From a virus (lineage: Duplodnaviria; Caudoviricetes), in IMG/VR virus record IMGVR_UViG_3300018080_003823, positions 1,805 to 65,804 of that record: 64,000 bases of DNA. One strand, written 5' to 3'. Position numbers and translations under genes: made by a program. The notes under the pieces were generated by a model. The model saw only the letters and a program-made list of their open reading frames with translations, ran no database searches and was not told the origin of the DNA. Shown here piece after piece: positions 1 through 10,246 of the stretch (its first letter is position 1; every line of letters begins with the position of its first letter).

Positions 1-1
1 C

Positions 2-1867
2 GGAGATGAGTCTGTATCTCACAATATAACTACAGATCGTGTGGTTTTTATTTATAATACGAATATATCTGGATCATTAGAAGTCGCCCAATATTACCAA
101 GAAAAACGAAGAATTCCGGTTGATAATTTAATTGGATTAAATATACCTATTCCTGTAGCTGGTAGTAACGGTCTTGAATGTGAATCTCCAATTACAGAAG
201 AAGATTTTACATATTTTATAGAATTGCCATTGATATCAGAATTAGAAAGATTTGGTGTTGATTTTTCTTCAGATGGAGAAAATCCGATTTGGGTAATAAT
301 TTTAGGATATGGTATACCATTATCATATGATGATGGCTATGGTAATAATATTGCTATAGCAAGTAGATTGCATAGATTAGGTAAAGATAATAGTACTCAT
401 GTTCCAAATCATACATTTGATCGTAAAATTTTTCAATTTTTTGATCATAGTGATGCTTCTAATGTTTTCTTAACGGCGATTTTAGATGGACCGAATGTGG
501 ATTCTGTAAAAACCTTAATTGACAGATCTTTAGATGTCGATAATCAGACTTTTATTACCGGTAAAATTTATGTAGATCCTTACGGCAATAAAGTTTCATC
601 TGATGATTTGGATTATCAAGATGATATTTTGGATTTTGCAAATAATGATATTCTTAATTTGGGGTTAGATGGTATTATAACAGTGGATGTTGATAGCCCT
701 TATCAGGAGCCAACTGTATCTACTTTAACGCAAGATTCATTTTATTGGGGTTGGTTTAATCCCACGTTCTCCAAATCTTTATTCAGCAATCAAAATGAAC
801 GAAGAGTTTTTCTGTATAATGCAGATGATAGGTCTGCATGTAATATTCATTATTATGACGATATTAATTCGTCACCATTTGATGAGAATGGAAGTGATTA
901 TTGGTGTAATTTAGCGATAAACGTTCCTTCTGGCTACGCTTCATGTGCAGGCTCTGTAGGAGAAGTGGGATCTGACTCTTATTTGCGTCCAGTTCCGTTT
1001 TTCAGGGCATTACATCAAGGAGCTACTCTTGGAGAGGCGTTTTTATTTGCTTCTCGATATGTAAGTTGTAGTACAGTTCTTATTGGTGATCCTTTGATGG
1101 TGGTGAATTTTCCGTCGAATTTACCATCAGATCAAAATACTTCATATACATTAATACCAAATAATGAGGTTATACTAAGAATAAAACAGAATATAGAATC
1201 ATCATTAGGCTGGGGATTACGTCAATCTCGTTTGTTGGAAGATGTAAAAGAAAGTGTATATATTAGTGCGGATATGGATGAAGAAATAAAGCTTTTAAAT
1301 CCTATTAATATGTGGTTAAATAGTAAAAATTCATCATCGCAATATAATTTATATTATTCATTAGTATCAACTTGGCTCCAATACATATTACAAACTACTA
1401 ACACGGCCTTATCTGATTGGCTAGAGTCCAATGATCAAAAAATAACAAGATATTTGAAAAATGTAATAAATCAAACTGGTACTCAGCCAATAGATGATGA
1501 TTATATTTATCCCACTGGCTGGTGGTCATTTGAGTTTGAATATACTCATCCTTTATTAAGTTTGGATAATATTTTCTTTCATTTAGAAGTATCTAGAAAT
1601 TCAGATTTTAGTGATTTAGTAGTTGATTTAACTACCACAACTAATGTATCAGGATGGAAATACGAAGTCAATCCTTATGTATTTATGCCAATGCTTGATA
1701 CTGGTCTTTTAGCTAGTTTTAGTGGCAGAAGAATTCGTTTTGAGTCTCCTGTAGACAATTATTTACAGACAACCGAAGTTTACTATATAAGATGGACTCC
1801 TACTGACGTAGATGGATTGCCATTTTTAGTGGTGTCTGATATTCAAACTATGGTGATTTCAACATGA
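2..1867 (+). CDS. TIGR03790-like protein, 5'-partial
   Basis: Frame is open from the window edge (GGA GAT GAG...). Motifs VFIYN..SLEVAQYYQEKRRIP, YWGW, GATLGEA and LIGDPL resemble the TIGR03790 family. Confidence 0.6.
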   Translation, partial: GDESVSHNITTDRVVFIYNTNISGSLEVAQYYQEKRRIPVDNLIGLNIPIPVAGSNGLECESPITEEDFTYFIELPLISELERFGVDFSSDGENPIWVIILGYGIPLSYDDGYGNNIAIASRLHRLGKDNSTHVPNHTFDRKIFQFFDHSDASNVFLTAILDGPNVDSVKTLIDRSLDVDNQTFITGKIYVDPYGNKVSSDDLDYQDDILDFANNDILNLGLDGIITVDVDSPYQEPTVSTLTQDSFYWGWFNPTFSKSLFSNQNERRVFLYNADDRSACNIHYYDDINSSPFDENGSDYWCNLAINVPSGYASCAGSVGEVGSDSYLRPVPFFRALHQGATLGEAFLFASRYVSCSTVLIGDPLMVVNFPSNLPSDQNTSYTLIPNNEVILRIKQNIESSLGWGLRQSRLLEDVKESVYISADMDEEIKLLNPINMWLNSKNSSSQYNLYYSLVSTWLQYILQTTNTALSDWLESNDQKITRYLKNVINQTGTQPIDDDYIYPTGWWSFEFEYTHPLLSLDNIFFHLEVSRNSDFSDLVVDLTTTTNVSGWKYEVNPYVFMPMLDTGLLASFSGRRIRFESPVDNYLQTTEVYYIRWTPTDVDGLPFLVVSDIQTMVIST

Positions 1868-2250
1868 CAGACGAAAAAATGATTTTTTATTCAGATTATT
1901 TTGCATACATTGCAGAAGCAGGACTCAATAGATCTAGAGCAATTTTTCCTGCTATCGCAACTAGTGTTTCTGCTGATACTTCTACAATTGTTAACCCAGT
2001 TAATGCTGATTCTGCTATAAAAAACCTAAGTAATAAATTAGAGACAAGTTACGAGTGGTTTTGGAGTGATGCTCAGAATACTACACCTATGCAACGATCA
2101 TTTATTGGTTTAAGTGAATATATTAGAAAGAAAAGCGGACTAGAAGTTGAAGACTATTTGACTCAAGAAGGCATACAGGTGGAATCAACTTATGCGCAAA
2201 TACATAACATTTTTGAAGAAACTGATATAAGTACTGGAAATGTGAAGTAA
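1864..2250 (+). CDS. hypothetical protein
   Basis: 128-aa ORF with ATGA overlap with the upstream gene; lies directly before the terminase. Confidence 0.7.
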   Translation: MTDEKMIFYSDYFAYIAEAGLNRSRAIFPAIATSVSADTSTIVNPVNADSAIKNLSNKLETSYEWFWSDAQNTTPMQRSFIGLSEYIRKKSGLEVEDYLTQEGIQVESTYAQIHNIFEETDISTGNVK

Positions 2251-2251
2251 C

Positions 2252-4594
2252 ATGAAACAAAATAGTAATATTAGTAAAGGTGATGATATAGCGGATTTAA
2301 TGGATAAGATTCGTTACGAAGTAAAAGCCCAATCTGGAGAACAATATATTCCAGATTTTATTGAATTTTGTGAGTCTAAATCATATCTTAATCTTCCTAG
2401 CAAAAATGTCCATCTATATCCAATGCAAAGAACCACTTTAAAGTGTTTCTATCGAGGACAACCTGGAAATGAGAATCTCCGGCTTACTGAAGATGAAATA
2501 CAGTTGCTTTATTCTAACAAACTGGACAATGTTTTAGAGAAATATAATAGTAATTGCCTTTTTAGAGATTTAGTATTAGTTCTTGGTCGTAGATGTATTA
2601 GTGGAGATACATTAATTTTTGATGCTAATACAGGAGAATCTAAAAGCATTCAAGAGTGGCATAAGATTGGGGAAAAATTTACTGTATGGGCATGGAATGA
2701 AGAATTGTCACAGTTTGAAAAACATTTAGCAGAACCTATAGATCAAGGCGAAAGAGAATGTTTACGAGTTACTTTAGAAAATTCAGATTATGTAGATTGC
2801 ACACCCAATCATCCATTGTTGACTGTTGATGGTTGGGTTAATACAGAAGAATTAAAACCAGGCGATGAAATAGCTCAGAACAATTACGTACAAACTCCAA
2901 ATTCTCAACCTAAAAGACCAATAGAATTTACAAAGATACAAACTATAGAACATATTGGAATAAAAAATACATATGACTTATCTATAATACACGAAGAGGT
3001 TAACAAGGAAACTTGTTGTAACTTCATGATTCATAATGGCTTACAAATGCATAATAGCGGTAAAGATTTTATGGTTTCATTGATTGCTTTGTATGAAGCA
3101 ATGAGACTTTTAGAAATGCCTGGAGGGAGTCCATTTAAGTATTATAATCTCGCTGAAGGAAATCCAATTTTTATCTTAACAGTTGCTACGTCTTCTGACC
3201 AGGCTCGTATTTTGTTTACTGAAATTAAAGAAAAAATGATGTCGTCAGATTATTTTAAAGATAAAATTGGATTTGTAGAAGCTGATAGAATCTATCTTCT
3301 TACTCCTCAAGATAAACACAAAAATAAATCCATATTAGATAGTGGAGTTGAAAATGTTGCTGCTCGTACTAAGGGGAGCGTTGTTATTATGTCTGGACAT
3401 AGTAATAGTGAATCATTGTTAGGTAAACGTATTTACACTCTTTTATTGGACGAAGTTGCATCTTTTAAAAGTACGGGTGGATCGACTTCTGGTGATCGTA
3501 TTTATTCTGCTCTAACTCCAGCTACTGCAGACTTTCAAAGATTAACTGGAGAATTAGACGACAAAGGTAATCCAGTTAAAGTGCGTGATTCTAAAGTGAT
3601 TAGTATTTCTTCGCCAAGATCAGAAGAGGGGAAATTATTTCAACTATATAAAACTGCACATGAAGATCCATTTAGATTAGCAGTTAAGTTACCCACTTGG
3701 AAAGTAAATACTGCATTTTCTGAAGATTCTTTGCGTATGGAATTTAAACATATGAGTCCTGATGAGTGGAACATGGAGTTTGGAGCTGAATTCTCAGGAA
3801 CTGCTGGAGAAAAATTCATTGCTGACCATTATGTAGATGAAGCCGTTGAAATTGGAGCAGAATTAAATTTACAGCAACGAACGTGTGGCGTGCCTGGTAT
3901 GATTTATTATGCTCATTTAGATCCTGCTGCAACCAGTCATAATTATGCTTTAATTGTATTACATGTAGAACAAAGAGTTCGGTTAGCAGAGCGTGAAGGA
4001 CGAGTCATAAAAGAAAAAACAAAAATGTTTGTAATTGACCATATTATGGCATGGGAACCTATAGCAGGTAAAGCGATTAATGTGTTTGAAGTAGATAAAT
4101 ACATTACTGATTTAGCCAAGGTGTTTAGATTTGCTATGGTTTCTTATGATAATTGGAATTCTCAATCTAGTGTTCAAAAATTACGAAGAAAAGGTATTCC
4201 TACTAAAATTACTCCTTTCCGCAAACAATATAAAATGTCCATTTATGATAATTTGCATTATTTGTTGGTTAATCATCAGTTAGCTTTACCTCCTAAGGGA
4301 CCTTATGCTCAATCTATGATAATGGAGTTAAAATGCCTAAAAAGAATTTACACTCCTGTCGGCTTTAAAATACAACCTAATTTAGAAGCTCAGAAAACCA
4401 CTGATGATTTATGTGATTGTGTTGCAGGTGCTTGTGCAATAGCTGTTGAAAATATATATACGGGATATCCTCAATCTACTACAGTCAATATGCCGCATTC
4501 TCCTACATTGGGATCAAATCAGTCGTGGCAGATAGGACAAGGGGTATACAATGACTCACAATGGCGATTCATGAATAAAAAGTTTGGCTACTAG
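2252..4594 (+). CDS. terL: terminase large subunit (intein-containing)
   Basis: Walker A LGRR|SGK (split by the intein), Walker B LLLDEVA, coupling motif ISISSP, nuclease motifs AHLDPA, SYDNW and TDDLCD. Confidence 0.92.
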   Translation: MKQNSNISKGDDIADLMDKIRYEVKAQSGEQYIPDFIEFCESKSYLNLPSKNVHLYPMQRTTLKCFYRGQPGNENLRLTEDEIQLLYSNKLDNVLEKYNSNCLFRDLVLVLGRRCISGDTLIFDANTGESKSIQEWHKIGEKFTVWAWNEELSQFEKHLAEPIDQGERECLRVTLENSDYVDCTPNHPLLTVDGWVNTEELKPGDEIAQNNYVQTPNSQPKRPIEFTKIQTIEHIGIKNTYDLSIIHEEVNKETCCNFMIHNGLQMHNSGKDFMVSLIALYEAMRLLEMPGGSPFKYYNLAEGNPIFILTVATSSDQARILFTEIKEKMMSSDYFKDKIGFVEADRIYLLTPQDKHKNKSILDSGVENVAARTKGSVVIMSGHSNSESLLGKRIYTLLLDEVASFKSTGGSTSGDRIYSALTPATADFQRLTGELDDKGNPVKVRDSKVISISSPRSEEGKLFQLYKTAHEDPFRLAVKLPTWKVNTAFSEDSLRMEFKHMSPDEWNMEFGAEFSGTAGEKFIADHYVDEAVEIGAELNLQQRTCGVPGMIYYAHLDPAATSHNYALIVLHVEQRVRLAEREGRVIKEKTKMFVIDHIMAWEPIAGKAINVFEVDKYITDLAKVFRFAMVSYDNWNSQSSVQKLRRKGIPTKITPFRKQYKMSIYDNLHYLLVNHQLALPPKGPYAQSMIMELKCLKRIYTPVGFKIQPNLEAQKTTDDLCDCVAGACAIAVENIYTGYPQSTTVNMPHSPTLGSNQSWQIGQGVYNDSQWRFMNKKFGY
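2594..3055 (+). mobile_element. mini-intein (154 aa) in terminase Walker A
   Basis: Starts CISGDT, block B CTPNHP, ends TYDL...MHN followed by Ser. Removal restores GRRSGKD. Confidence 0.92.
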
Positions 4595-4655
4595 AAGGAA
4601 TTATGCACTGTGATACGTATAATTAGTGTTGAAATTCTTTCTCTTGGAGATAGAC

Positions 4656-5342
4656 ATGTTTAATATGCAGAAACGCAAACGTACAATAGCTCAACAAATA
4701 CAGGAAAAATATAACCAGGAAAACAAACTTGGCCCAAAATCTGATGAAAATCCATCTATTCCGGAAAAAAAGTTTCCTCATCGTGATGGATTTGAGCAAA
4801 CTATAACAGAAGACCAGTTGAGTTCAGAACAAAAATTAACGGATTCTACAACAGCTCAGGTAGTTGAGAAAGAGTTAGAATCCGCTTCATCACCGTTGGT
4901 AGATCATCGCAGTGATGCAGCCGAATTGTCCGTTCCACCTATTAACGCAATAGTAGAACAAATTCGTCAAAAACGTTCAGCTGATTACATAGAAGATAAA
5001 GATCCTCATTGGAGTCATACATTTAATGAGAAAAAACAACAGGGTTCTCTTCCTAAGTGGAAAAAGAATGCGCCCCAACATGATAAACCTGTCTTAAATA
5101 ATGACCCTCAGCGTTTTTCAACAACGAAAAATGATATTAAACCTTTGATCGGCAACATTACAACTGCTGATGTTGATAAAGTAGCTCATGGTATCAAGAC
5201 GGGACGTTCTGCTGATTATGATACTGCCATGTTGGCTATTTTGCGACTCGCTAACGATGAAAGACGCGAGTTAACAGAGATAGAACGACGAACAATTGTA
5301 GATTTAAAAATTGCCAGAACTAACAAATTAATGGGAACATGA
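4656..5342 (+). CDS. hypothetical, probable head-associated protein
   Basis: ATG at 4656 follows a GGAGA RBS. N-terminal FNM..K motif and TITEDQL motif shared with the scaffold. Confidence 0.65.
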   Translation: MFNMQKRKRTIAQQIQEKYNQENKLGPKSDENPSIPEKKFPHRDGFEQTITEDQLSSEQKLTDSTTAQVVEKELESASSPLVDHRSDAAELSVPPINAIVEQIRQKRSADYIEDKDPHWSHTFNEKKQQGSLPKWKKNAPQHDKPVLNNDPQRFSTTKNDIKPLIGNITTADVDKVAHGIKTGRSADYDTAMLAILRLANDERRELTEIERRTIVDLKIARTNKLMGT

Positions 5343-5851
5343 TAACTATAATTAGTAAACAAATTATAGCCTTACGGGGCTCTCCTAGGATATATCAAGA
5401 ACCATTTGATCGTCTTCAAGAGTGGTTAAGTGGAACTAATCCTATGTCTTCTTCTACTAAAAATCATGATAGTGGGAAACGTCGAGAAGTATTCCCGGAT
5501 CTTTCTCCTGCAGGACCTGAAGAGATTTCTAAGGGACAAGGTAATAAAGGCGCTCATGATAACGTAGGATCAGGGTACGATAAAGATGTTGATTTATTTG
5601 GGGGTCGAGCTGATGATGAGACCGGTCCTGGGAACAATCGTAATTCTGACCCTGAGCAAACTTTTACAGATCATATGACATCAGATTTGGCATTTAAAAA
5701 CGATTATGATACATCAAGTACTTTAAGTCCATTAAATGAAGAAAGCCGTAAGCGAGATCGTAATTCTAATAATTATCTCATGAGTCTGCAACGACGTCCA
5801 AAAGTACAACCAAAAAGAGTTGCTTCTTGGAAACACACTTTCTTGGCGTAA
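5339..5851 (+). CDS. hypothetical protein
   Basis: 170-aa hydrophilic ORF with ATGA overlap. Confidence 0.6.
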   Translation: MITIISKQIIALRGSPRIYQEPFDRLQEWLSGTNPMSSSTKNHDSGKRREVFPDLSPAGPEEISKGQGNKGAHDNVGSGYDKDVDLFGGRADDETGPGNNRNSDPEQTFTDHMTSDLAFKNDYDTSSTLSPLNEESRKRDRNSNNYLMSLQRRPKVQPKRVASWKHTFLA

Positions 5852-5897
5852 TAGTTAAAATTTTTGGTATAATGAACTTGTAATTGCTTAAAGGAGC

Positions 5898-6743
5898 ATG
5901 AATATGATAGTAATTAAAGGAACGGATAAAATTAAAGGCGTTTTAGATCTTAATGATGTGGGACTGCAAATAAAAGCGGGTGATACATTTTCTCTTTCTG
6001 GAGATCAATTTTATAAACACGGGGTACAAGTTGCTCTTAAAATGAAATTCATTACTTATACCAATAATAATGTTCCAGATCCAGAATCAGATACCATTGT
6101 TGAATTACGAAATATTTATGACAGATCTATTACTATTAATGCAATAGATTCTGATGTGCGTCCTGGACAGACGTTTGGTATTTCTGAAGAATTAATAAAT
6201 AATGCTGATATTCAGGGAGCACTAGCAAAGGGTATGCTTGAGATTGTATCGACCATTAGATCATCAGAATCAGATATGGAATCTGATATAGAAATAGGTG
6301 GATTGTTTGATGAGGCTATTCCTGGTCCTATACCTCCGATACGAGAAGAAGCATCAATATTAGAATATAAGACTGACGATGATATGCTTGAAACTAACGA
6401 CGAATTAAATTCTCCTAATGTCATTGAAGAAGAGCCTGCCAATATAATAGATAACGAAGATCCAGACCCTGTGACTAAATTAGATGTTCCTGATCCTAAG
6501 AAGAAATCAGTAGTTTGGAACCCAAATAAAGATCCTATTCCCCATACTCGCAATAAAATGGATTCAGTAGGTGCTAGAAAAGGAGAAATTGGAGAAGTTG
6601 ATCCATTAATAGAATCTGATGTGAATTTAGGGGATGAAATCTCATTTGTAGACAATGAGCAGGATAAACAAAAACAAGAGTCTCATCCTATTTTAAAAGA
6701 TAAACCTCAGAAAGATAATAATGACGAGCTTGATTTCATCTAA
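5898..6743 (+). CDS. hypothetical protein with two N-terminal ~50-aa repeats and an acidic tail
   Basis: AAGGAG RBS. Repeats LQIKAGDTF..VQVALKMKFI and SDVRPGQTF..IQGALAKGML. Confidence 0.7.
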   Translation: MNMIVIKGTDKIKGVLDLNDVGLQIKAGDTFSLSGDQFYKHGVQVALKMKFITYTNNNVPDPESDTIVELRNIYDRSITINAIDSDVRPGQTFGISEELINNADIQGALAKGMLEIVSTIRSSESDMESDIEIGGLFDEAIPGPIPPIREEASILEYKTDDDMLETNDELNSPNVIEEEPANIIDNEDPDPVTKLDVPDPKKKSVVWNPNKDPIPHTRNKMDSVGARKGEIGEVDPLIESDVNLGDEISFVDNEQDKQKQESHPILKDKPQKDNNDELDFI

Positions 6744-6921
6744 AATTCTCGATCTCGAAAGTCCTAATCACTGGATTTATGTTTTTGCAAAACTTAATCC
6801 AAAGGAGAAAAGCTTTTTGAAGAGGTATTATTCCACATTGTATCCACGGGATTATGTTAAAAAGCTTGTAGCTTATCTGGAAAATAATGTTCAATTTAAA
6901 GAGTCACAACACAACGGATGA
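6721..6921 (+). CDS. small hypothetical protein (YP.DYV motif)
   Basis: LNPKEKSFLKRYYSTLYPRDYVKKLV resembles the C-terminus of 12049-12780, supporting a real gene. Confidence 0.55.
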   Translation: MTSLISSKILDLESPNHWIYVFAKLNPKEKSFLKRYYSTLYPRDYVKKLVAYLENNVQFKESQHNG

Positions 6922-7645
6922 GTCAGACATTCTCAGGTATGAGTTAGAGAAATGTGATATTATTCCGACCAAACAAGGATATTGGGTTGAAATAGGTGAT
7001 GAAACATTAGATTTCTCATCTTTGCAGGATGCTAAAAAACATATATTGCGTGGCATTGAGGAAATTCGAGAACAATTATGGGAGTCCTGGAAGGATCTTG
7101 CTCAATTATCTATCCGAATTAGTGATGAACCAGGTCACAATTCAGGCAGCCTAAATAATATTCTTTTTTTAAATGCTTCAAAAAAATCATTTTCACTCTC
7201 TCTGCTGTTCACTGACTTAGATTTTGCACACGATCAACTGCTTGCTCTTTTGGACACAGATATAAAAACAGTTGATAATTATCTTGTTAAACAATTTAAT
7301 TTAGAGTATTTTAAAATTCGTTCTATGCATCGTTTGATTATGTCTGAGATGTACAGATGTATGCTAATTGATCGATATTTAACAAAATGTGCTCAGATCT
7401 CTGGACCGTGGGCTAATTTAGACTTGCCTATAAAGGAGAGAGTATGGGACTGGAACGAAGGTGAAGATTCATATTTTAAAGATCGTCAAGATTCTAGACG
7501 TAATCAGATAAGATATAATCCCGAAAATGCTACTAGTTCGGGATTTTATTTTGTTTGGAATGATCTTACCAGAGATCCGTATAAATTTACAGACATGAAG
7601 GAACAGTCTCCTTATAAATCCAGAAGACAACTACTAATTCCTTGA
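6887..7645 (+). CDS. hypothetical protein
   Basis: 252-aa ORF beginning MFNLKSHN (cf. MFNLEKHN at 14323). Confidence 0.7.
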   Translation: MFNLKSHNTTDESDILRYELEKCDIIPTKQGYWVEIGDETLDFSSLQDAKKHILRGIEEIREQLWESWKDLAQLSIRISDEPGHNSGSLNNILFLNASKKSFSLSLLFTDLDFAHDQLLALLDTDIKTVDNYLVKQFNLEYFKIRSMHRLIMSEMYRCMLIDRYLTKCAQISGPWANLDLPIKERVWDWNEGEDSYFKDRQDSRRNQIRYNPENATSSGFYFVWNDLTRDPYKFTDMKEQSPYKSRRQLLIP

Positions 7646-7667
7646 TAAGCCAATAGAGGATCTAATA

Positions 7668-8489
7668 TTGCCTTTACAAGAACAAAACAATCAGCGTACT
7701 AGGCAAGCATTAATTGAGGAAGCAATTTCTAAATTAAGCCGTTTTGCTAATTTCTATGATATAGATTCTCTTTTTGTAGTTGGTGATTATTGCAGAGAGC
7801 ATTACTTAGGATCGGTTTGGAAAACTCCTAATATAAATGTTGTTTCTGCTTATAATGATCAGGCATTGCAGCTAGGCGGATTATTTGCTTCTGAATTTAT
7901 AAAAGTTCCTCCAGTATTTCATAATAAAACTAAAACTACAAGAATGGAATACAAATCTGAGATAGGTTCTATTTTAATAGAGTTTCAGGGTGACAGTGTT
8001 AAAACTTATATGAAGTCTGATGATGTAAAGGATTGGATGAAACGAACTGGCATTGAAGATATCCCTTTATTAAATAATATCTATGGCAGAGATTTTACTA
8101 TCAATTCTCTTATCTATTCTCTTAATAATAAACATATGTATGATCCAACAGATTTAGCTATTTTGAATTTTGACAAAAAGGTTATAAAATCATTATTGCC
8201 TCCAGATATGCTAATTAAATGTGATCCATTAGCAGCGTTGAAAGCTATAGAATTCGCAATGTTGTATGACTTTAGAATAGAACCTGGATTACGACATGCT
8301 ATAAAATTAGCTGGAGTAGATAATCTAAAAGCTAGTTTGAGTGAAAAAAATATTGTAAAAGCAATCGTTAAAATTTTGACAATTAATGCTGAGAAAGGAT
8401 TAGATATTCTGAAAAATTTAGAACTAGATAGGATATTATTTCATCCTGATGTAAAGAAATACTTAGAAAAAGGGTTTCAGGAGAATTAA
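7668..8489 (+). CDS. poly(A) polymerase/CCA-adding enzyme-like protein with degenerate active site
   Basis: Class II nucleotidyltransferase layout FVVGDYCRE..NINVV..RDFTINSL..YDPT..DPL. The DxD motif reads NIN. Confidence 0.8.
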   Translation: MPLQEQNNQRTRQALIEEAISKLSRFANFYDIDSLFVVGDYCREHYLGSVWKTPNINVVSAYNDQALQLGGLFASEFIKVPPVFHNKTKTTRMEYKSEIGSILIEFQGDSVKTYMKSDDVKDWMKRTGIEDIPLLNNIYGRDFTINSLIYSLNNKHMYDPTDLAILNFDKKVIKSLLPPDMLIKCDPLAALKAIEFAMLYDFRIEPGLRHAIKLAGVDNLKASLSEKNIVKAIVKILTINAEKGLDILKNLELDRILFHPDVKKYLEKGFQEN

Positions 8490-8491
8490 AA

Positions 8492-8929
8492 ATGGATGAT
8501 ACACAAATAGTAGATGTTGTTGTTAAAAAAGAGAATCAATCTCTTTTAGATTTTTTACAAACAACTCCATTGGCTAATTTTTTAACTCGACGTCCTTCTA
8601 TTTCTAGTACAGAAGCTCAAGTGTTATATGACATTTGGAAACAAGGTAATACTAATGAATATGGCAGGCATGTTTTAGATAATAGTGTTGACCCTATTCA
8701 AATAGCGACATTGACCACTAAAGGATATGTGCGTAATATTCCAACACATTTAGGTTCTGATACTTTATTGGAATTTACAGACAAAGGGAAAGAGCTTATT
8801 AAGAAGATTATATTAAATAAAGAAAAGTCAGCTTTTGAAAAAGAATCCCAAGATGATGATCCGTTTATAAAAAAAGCGTCTAGTAACTACAGAGTAGCTA
8901 ATAATTGGCTCGGAAAGTCCTTAGCCTAA
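8492..8929 (+). CDS. hypothetical protein (possible winged-helix, LEFTDKGKE)
   Basis: 145-aa ORF with an RBS; fold is a weak guess. Confidence 0.6.
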   Translation: MDDTQIVDVVVKKENQSLLDFLQTTPLANFLTRRPSISSTEAQVLYDIWKQGNTNEYGRHVLDNSVDPIQIATLTTKGYVRNIPTHLGSDTLLEFTDKGKELIKKIILNKEKSAFEKESQDDDPFIKKASSNYRVANNWLGKSLA

Positions 8930-8931
8930 CT

Positions 8932-9354
8932 ATGGAAGTTATATTACGATCAGTTAATAGGAGAGTTAAAAAGCCCATAATTAAAGACCACTATTGGTAT
9001 GACCCAGAAACTAAACAGAGATTGCACGGACGCGGAGGAAAAATGATTTTTGTTTATGATCCGGGTAAAAAGAAATCTATTCCTAGAATTGTAGATTCTG
9101 AAGAATGGGTTTTAGAAAATTCATATGAAGATATTATAACCTTTCTTCGTAAAAAAGGCATAACAATTGTCAATGAGACTCCTGGTCATTTTGTTGTAAT
9201 TAATGTCAATGCTCAGCATTGGGGTGATATAGAAGATGATTTATACAGGCATAAAATTCCTTATGATTATGATACTAAGGAATTACACAAAGAAACCCGA
9301 GGAGAAAAATGGCAAAACTCAATATCGAAATTGCCGATACACCCATGGATTTAG
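8932..9354 (+). CDS. hypothetical protein
   Basis: ORF in the operon; ATG at 8932 preferred to TTG at 8905. Confidence 0.6.
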   Translation: MEVILRSVNRRVKKPIIKDHYWYDPETKQRLHGRGGKMIFVYDPGKKKSIPRIVDSEEWVLENSYEDIITFLRKKGITIVNETPGHFVVINVNAQHWGDIEDDLYRHKIPYDYDTKELHKETRGEKWQNSISKLPIHPWI

Positions 9355-9656
9355 CTAACGGTCTTATGCACAGAACTGAATTAGCTTCTGATGCAGGTAT
9401 GTTGTTTAAATTTCCTAATATACAAGAAGCAAGATTTTGGGGTAAAAATACATATATCCCCCTAGATATAGCGTTTGTTAAAAATAATGTAATTACTGCC
9501 ATTAAAAAAATCACTCCTATGTCTACACGTTTAGTTAATAGTGATGGATTTTGCAATGTGGCCATAGAAACTAATGCTGGTTTTTTTAATGAAAATAATA
9601 TTAAACCCGGTAATAAAATAAAAATTTCAGGCAATACGGTCGAATTTGAATGCTAA
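9309..9656 (+). CDS. DUF192 family protein
   Basis: EIADTP...GLMHR.EL..DAGMLFKF...FWGKNTYIPLDIAF...IETNAGFF matches the DUF192 signature. Confidence 0.85.
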   Translation: MAKLNIEIADTPMDLANGLMHRTELASDAGMLFKFPNIQEARFWGKNTYIPLDIAFVKNNVITAIKKITPMSTRLVNSDGFCNVAIETNAGFFNENNIKPGNKIKISGNTVEFEC

Positions 9657-10246
9657 AACTTATTAATGCAAATTTAAGTAGATTGGGACAATCATTCATT
9701 GATGAATTGGATGATGTAGATTGGGGAGAAGATCCCCGTGCTCGCAAACAAGATAGTCCTTATCTCACTAAAGATACAACCCCTCCTATACCTCATGGAC
9801 AGCAAGGAGTAATTGGAGACGAGACTTTTGAAGATTTAGAGCCCGGAAGCGCTGAAGAACAGGGCATAGAACCGTATATGGAACCAGACTTATATCCTGA
9901 AGCCAGAGATGAAATTCCCATTGGAAATGAAATGCTAGGAATTCCAGAAGGGTCTCAGGAAATTGAATATAATGATGGGAAACAATTAGCTTATGATGGT
10001 ATAGATAGCAATGAGGTTATTTCATTCGATTATACTAATCGTTTTGGAATATATGCCGGAACAAGAACTGTGGAACCACATTACACATTTGTTGCTACAG
10101 AAACAGGAAATGAAGTACTAGTCGGGTATGATCGTGACCAAGGAGATATTCGGGCCTTTATAGTAGGAAATATACACCCATTTGGAGTAAGATATGAGAG
10201 TGTCAATTTTACGCCTCGTGGTGAAATAATGAGAGGTATATACTGA
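9650..10246 (+). CDS. acidic N-terminus plus WYL-like domain protein
   Basis: C-terminal ISFDYTN...TRTVEPH...LVGYD..GDIRAFIVGNI resembles WYL. Confidence 0.65.
   Translation: MLKLINANLSRLGQSFIDELDDVDWGEDPRARKQDSPYLTKDTTPPIPHGQQGVIGDETFEDLEPGSAEEQGIEPYMEPDLYPEARDEIPIGNEMLGIPEGSQEIEYNDGKQLAYDGIDSNEVISFDYTNRFGIYAGTRTVEPHYTFVATETGNEVLVGYDRDQGDIRAFIVGNIHPFGVRYESVNFTPRGEIMRGIY

Noticed and set aside
4595-4623. Possible phage-specific promoter AGGA-N18/19-TATAAT (also 35297-35325)
   Set aside because: Only two good instances; other operon starts did not fit the spacing consistently.
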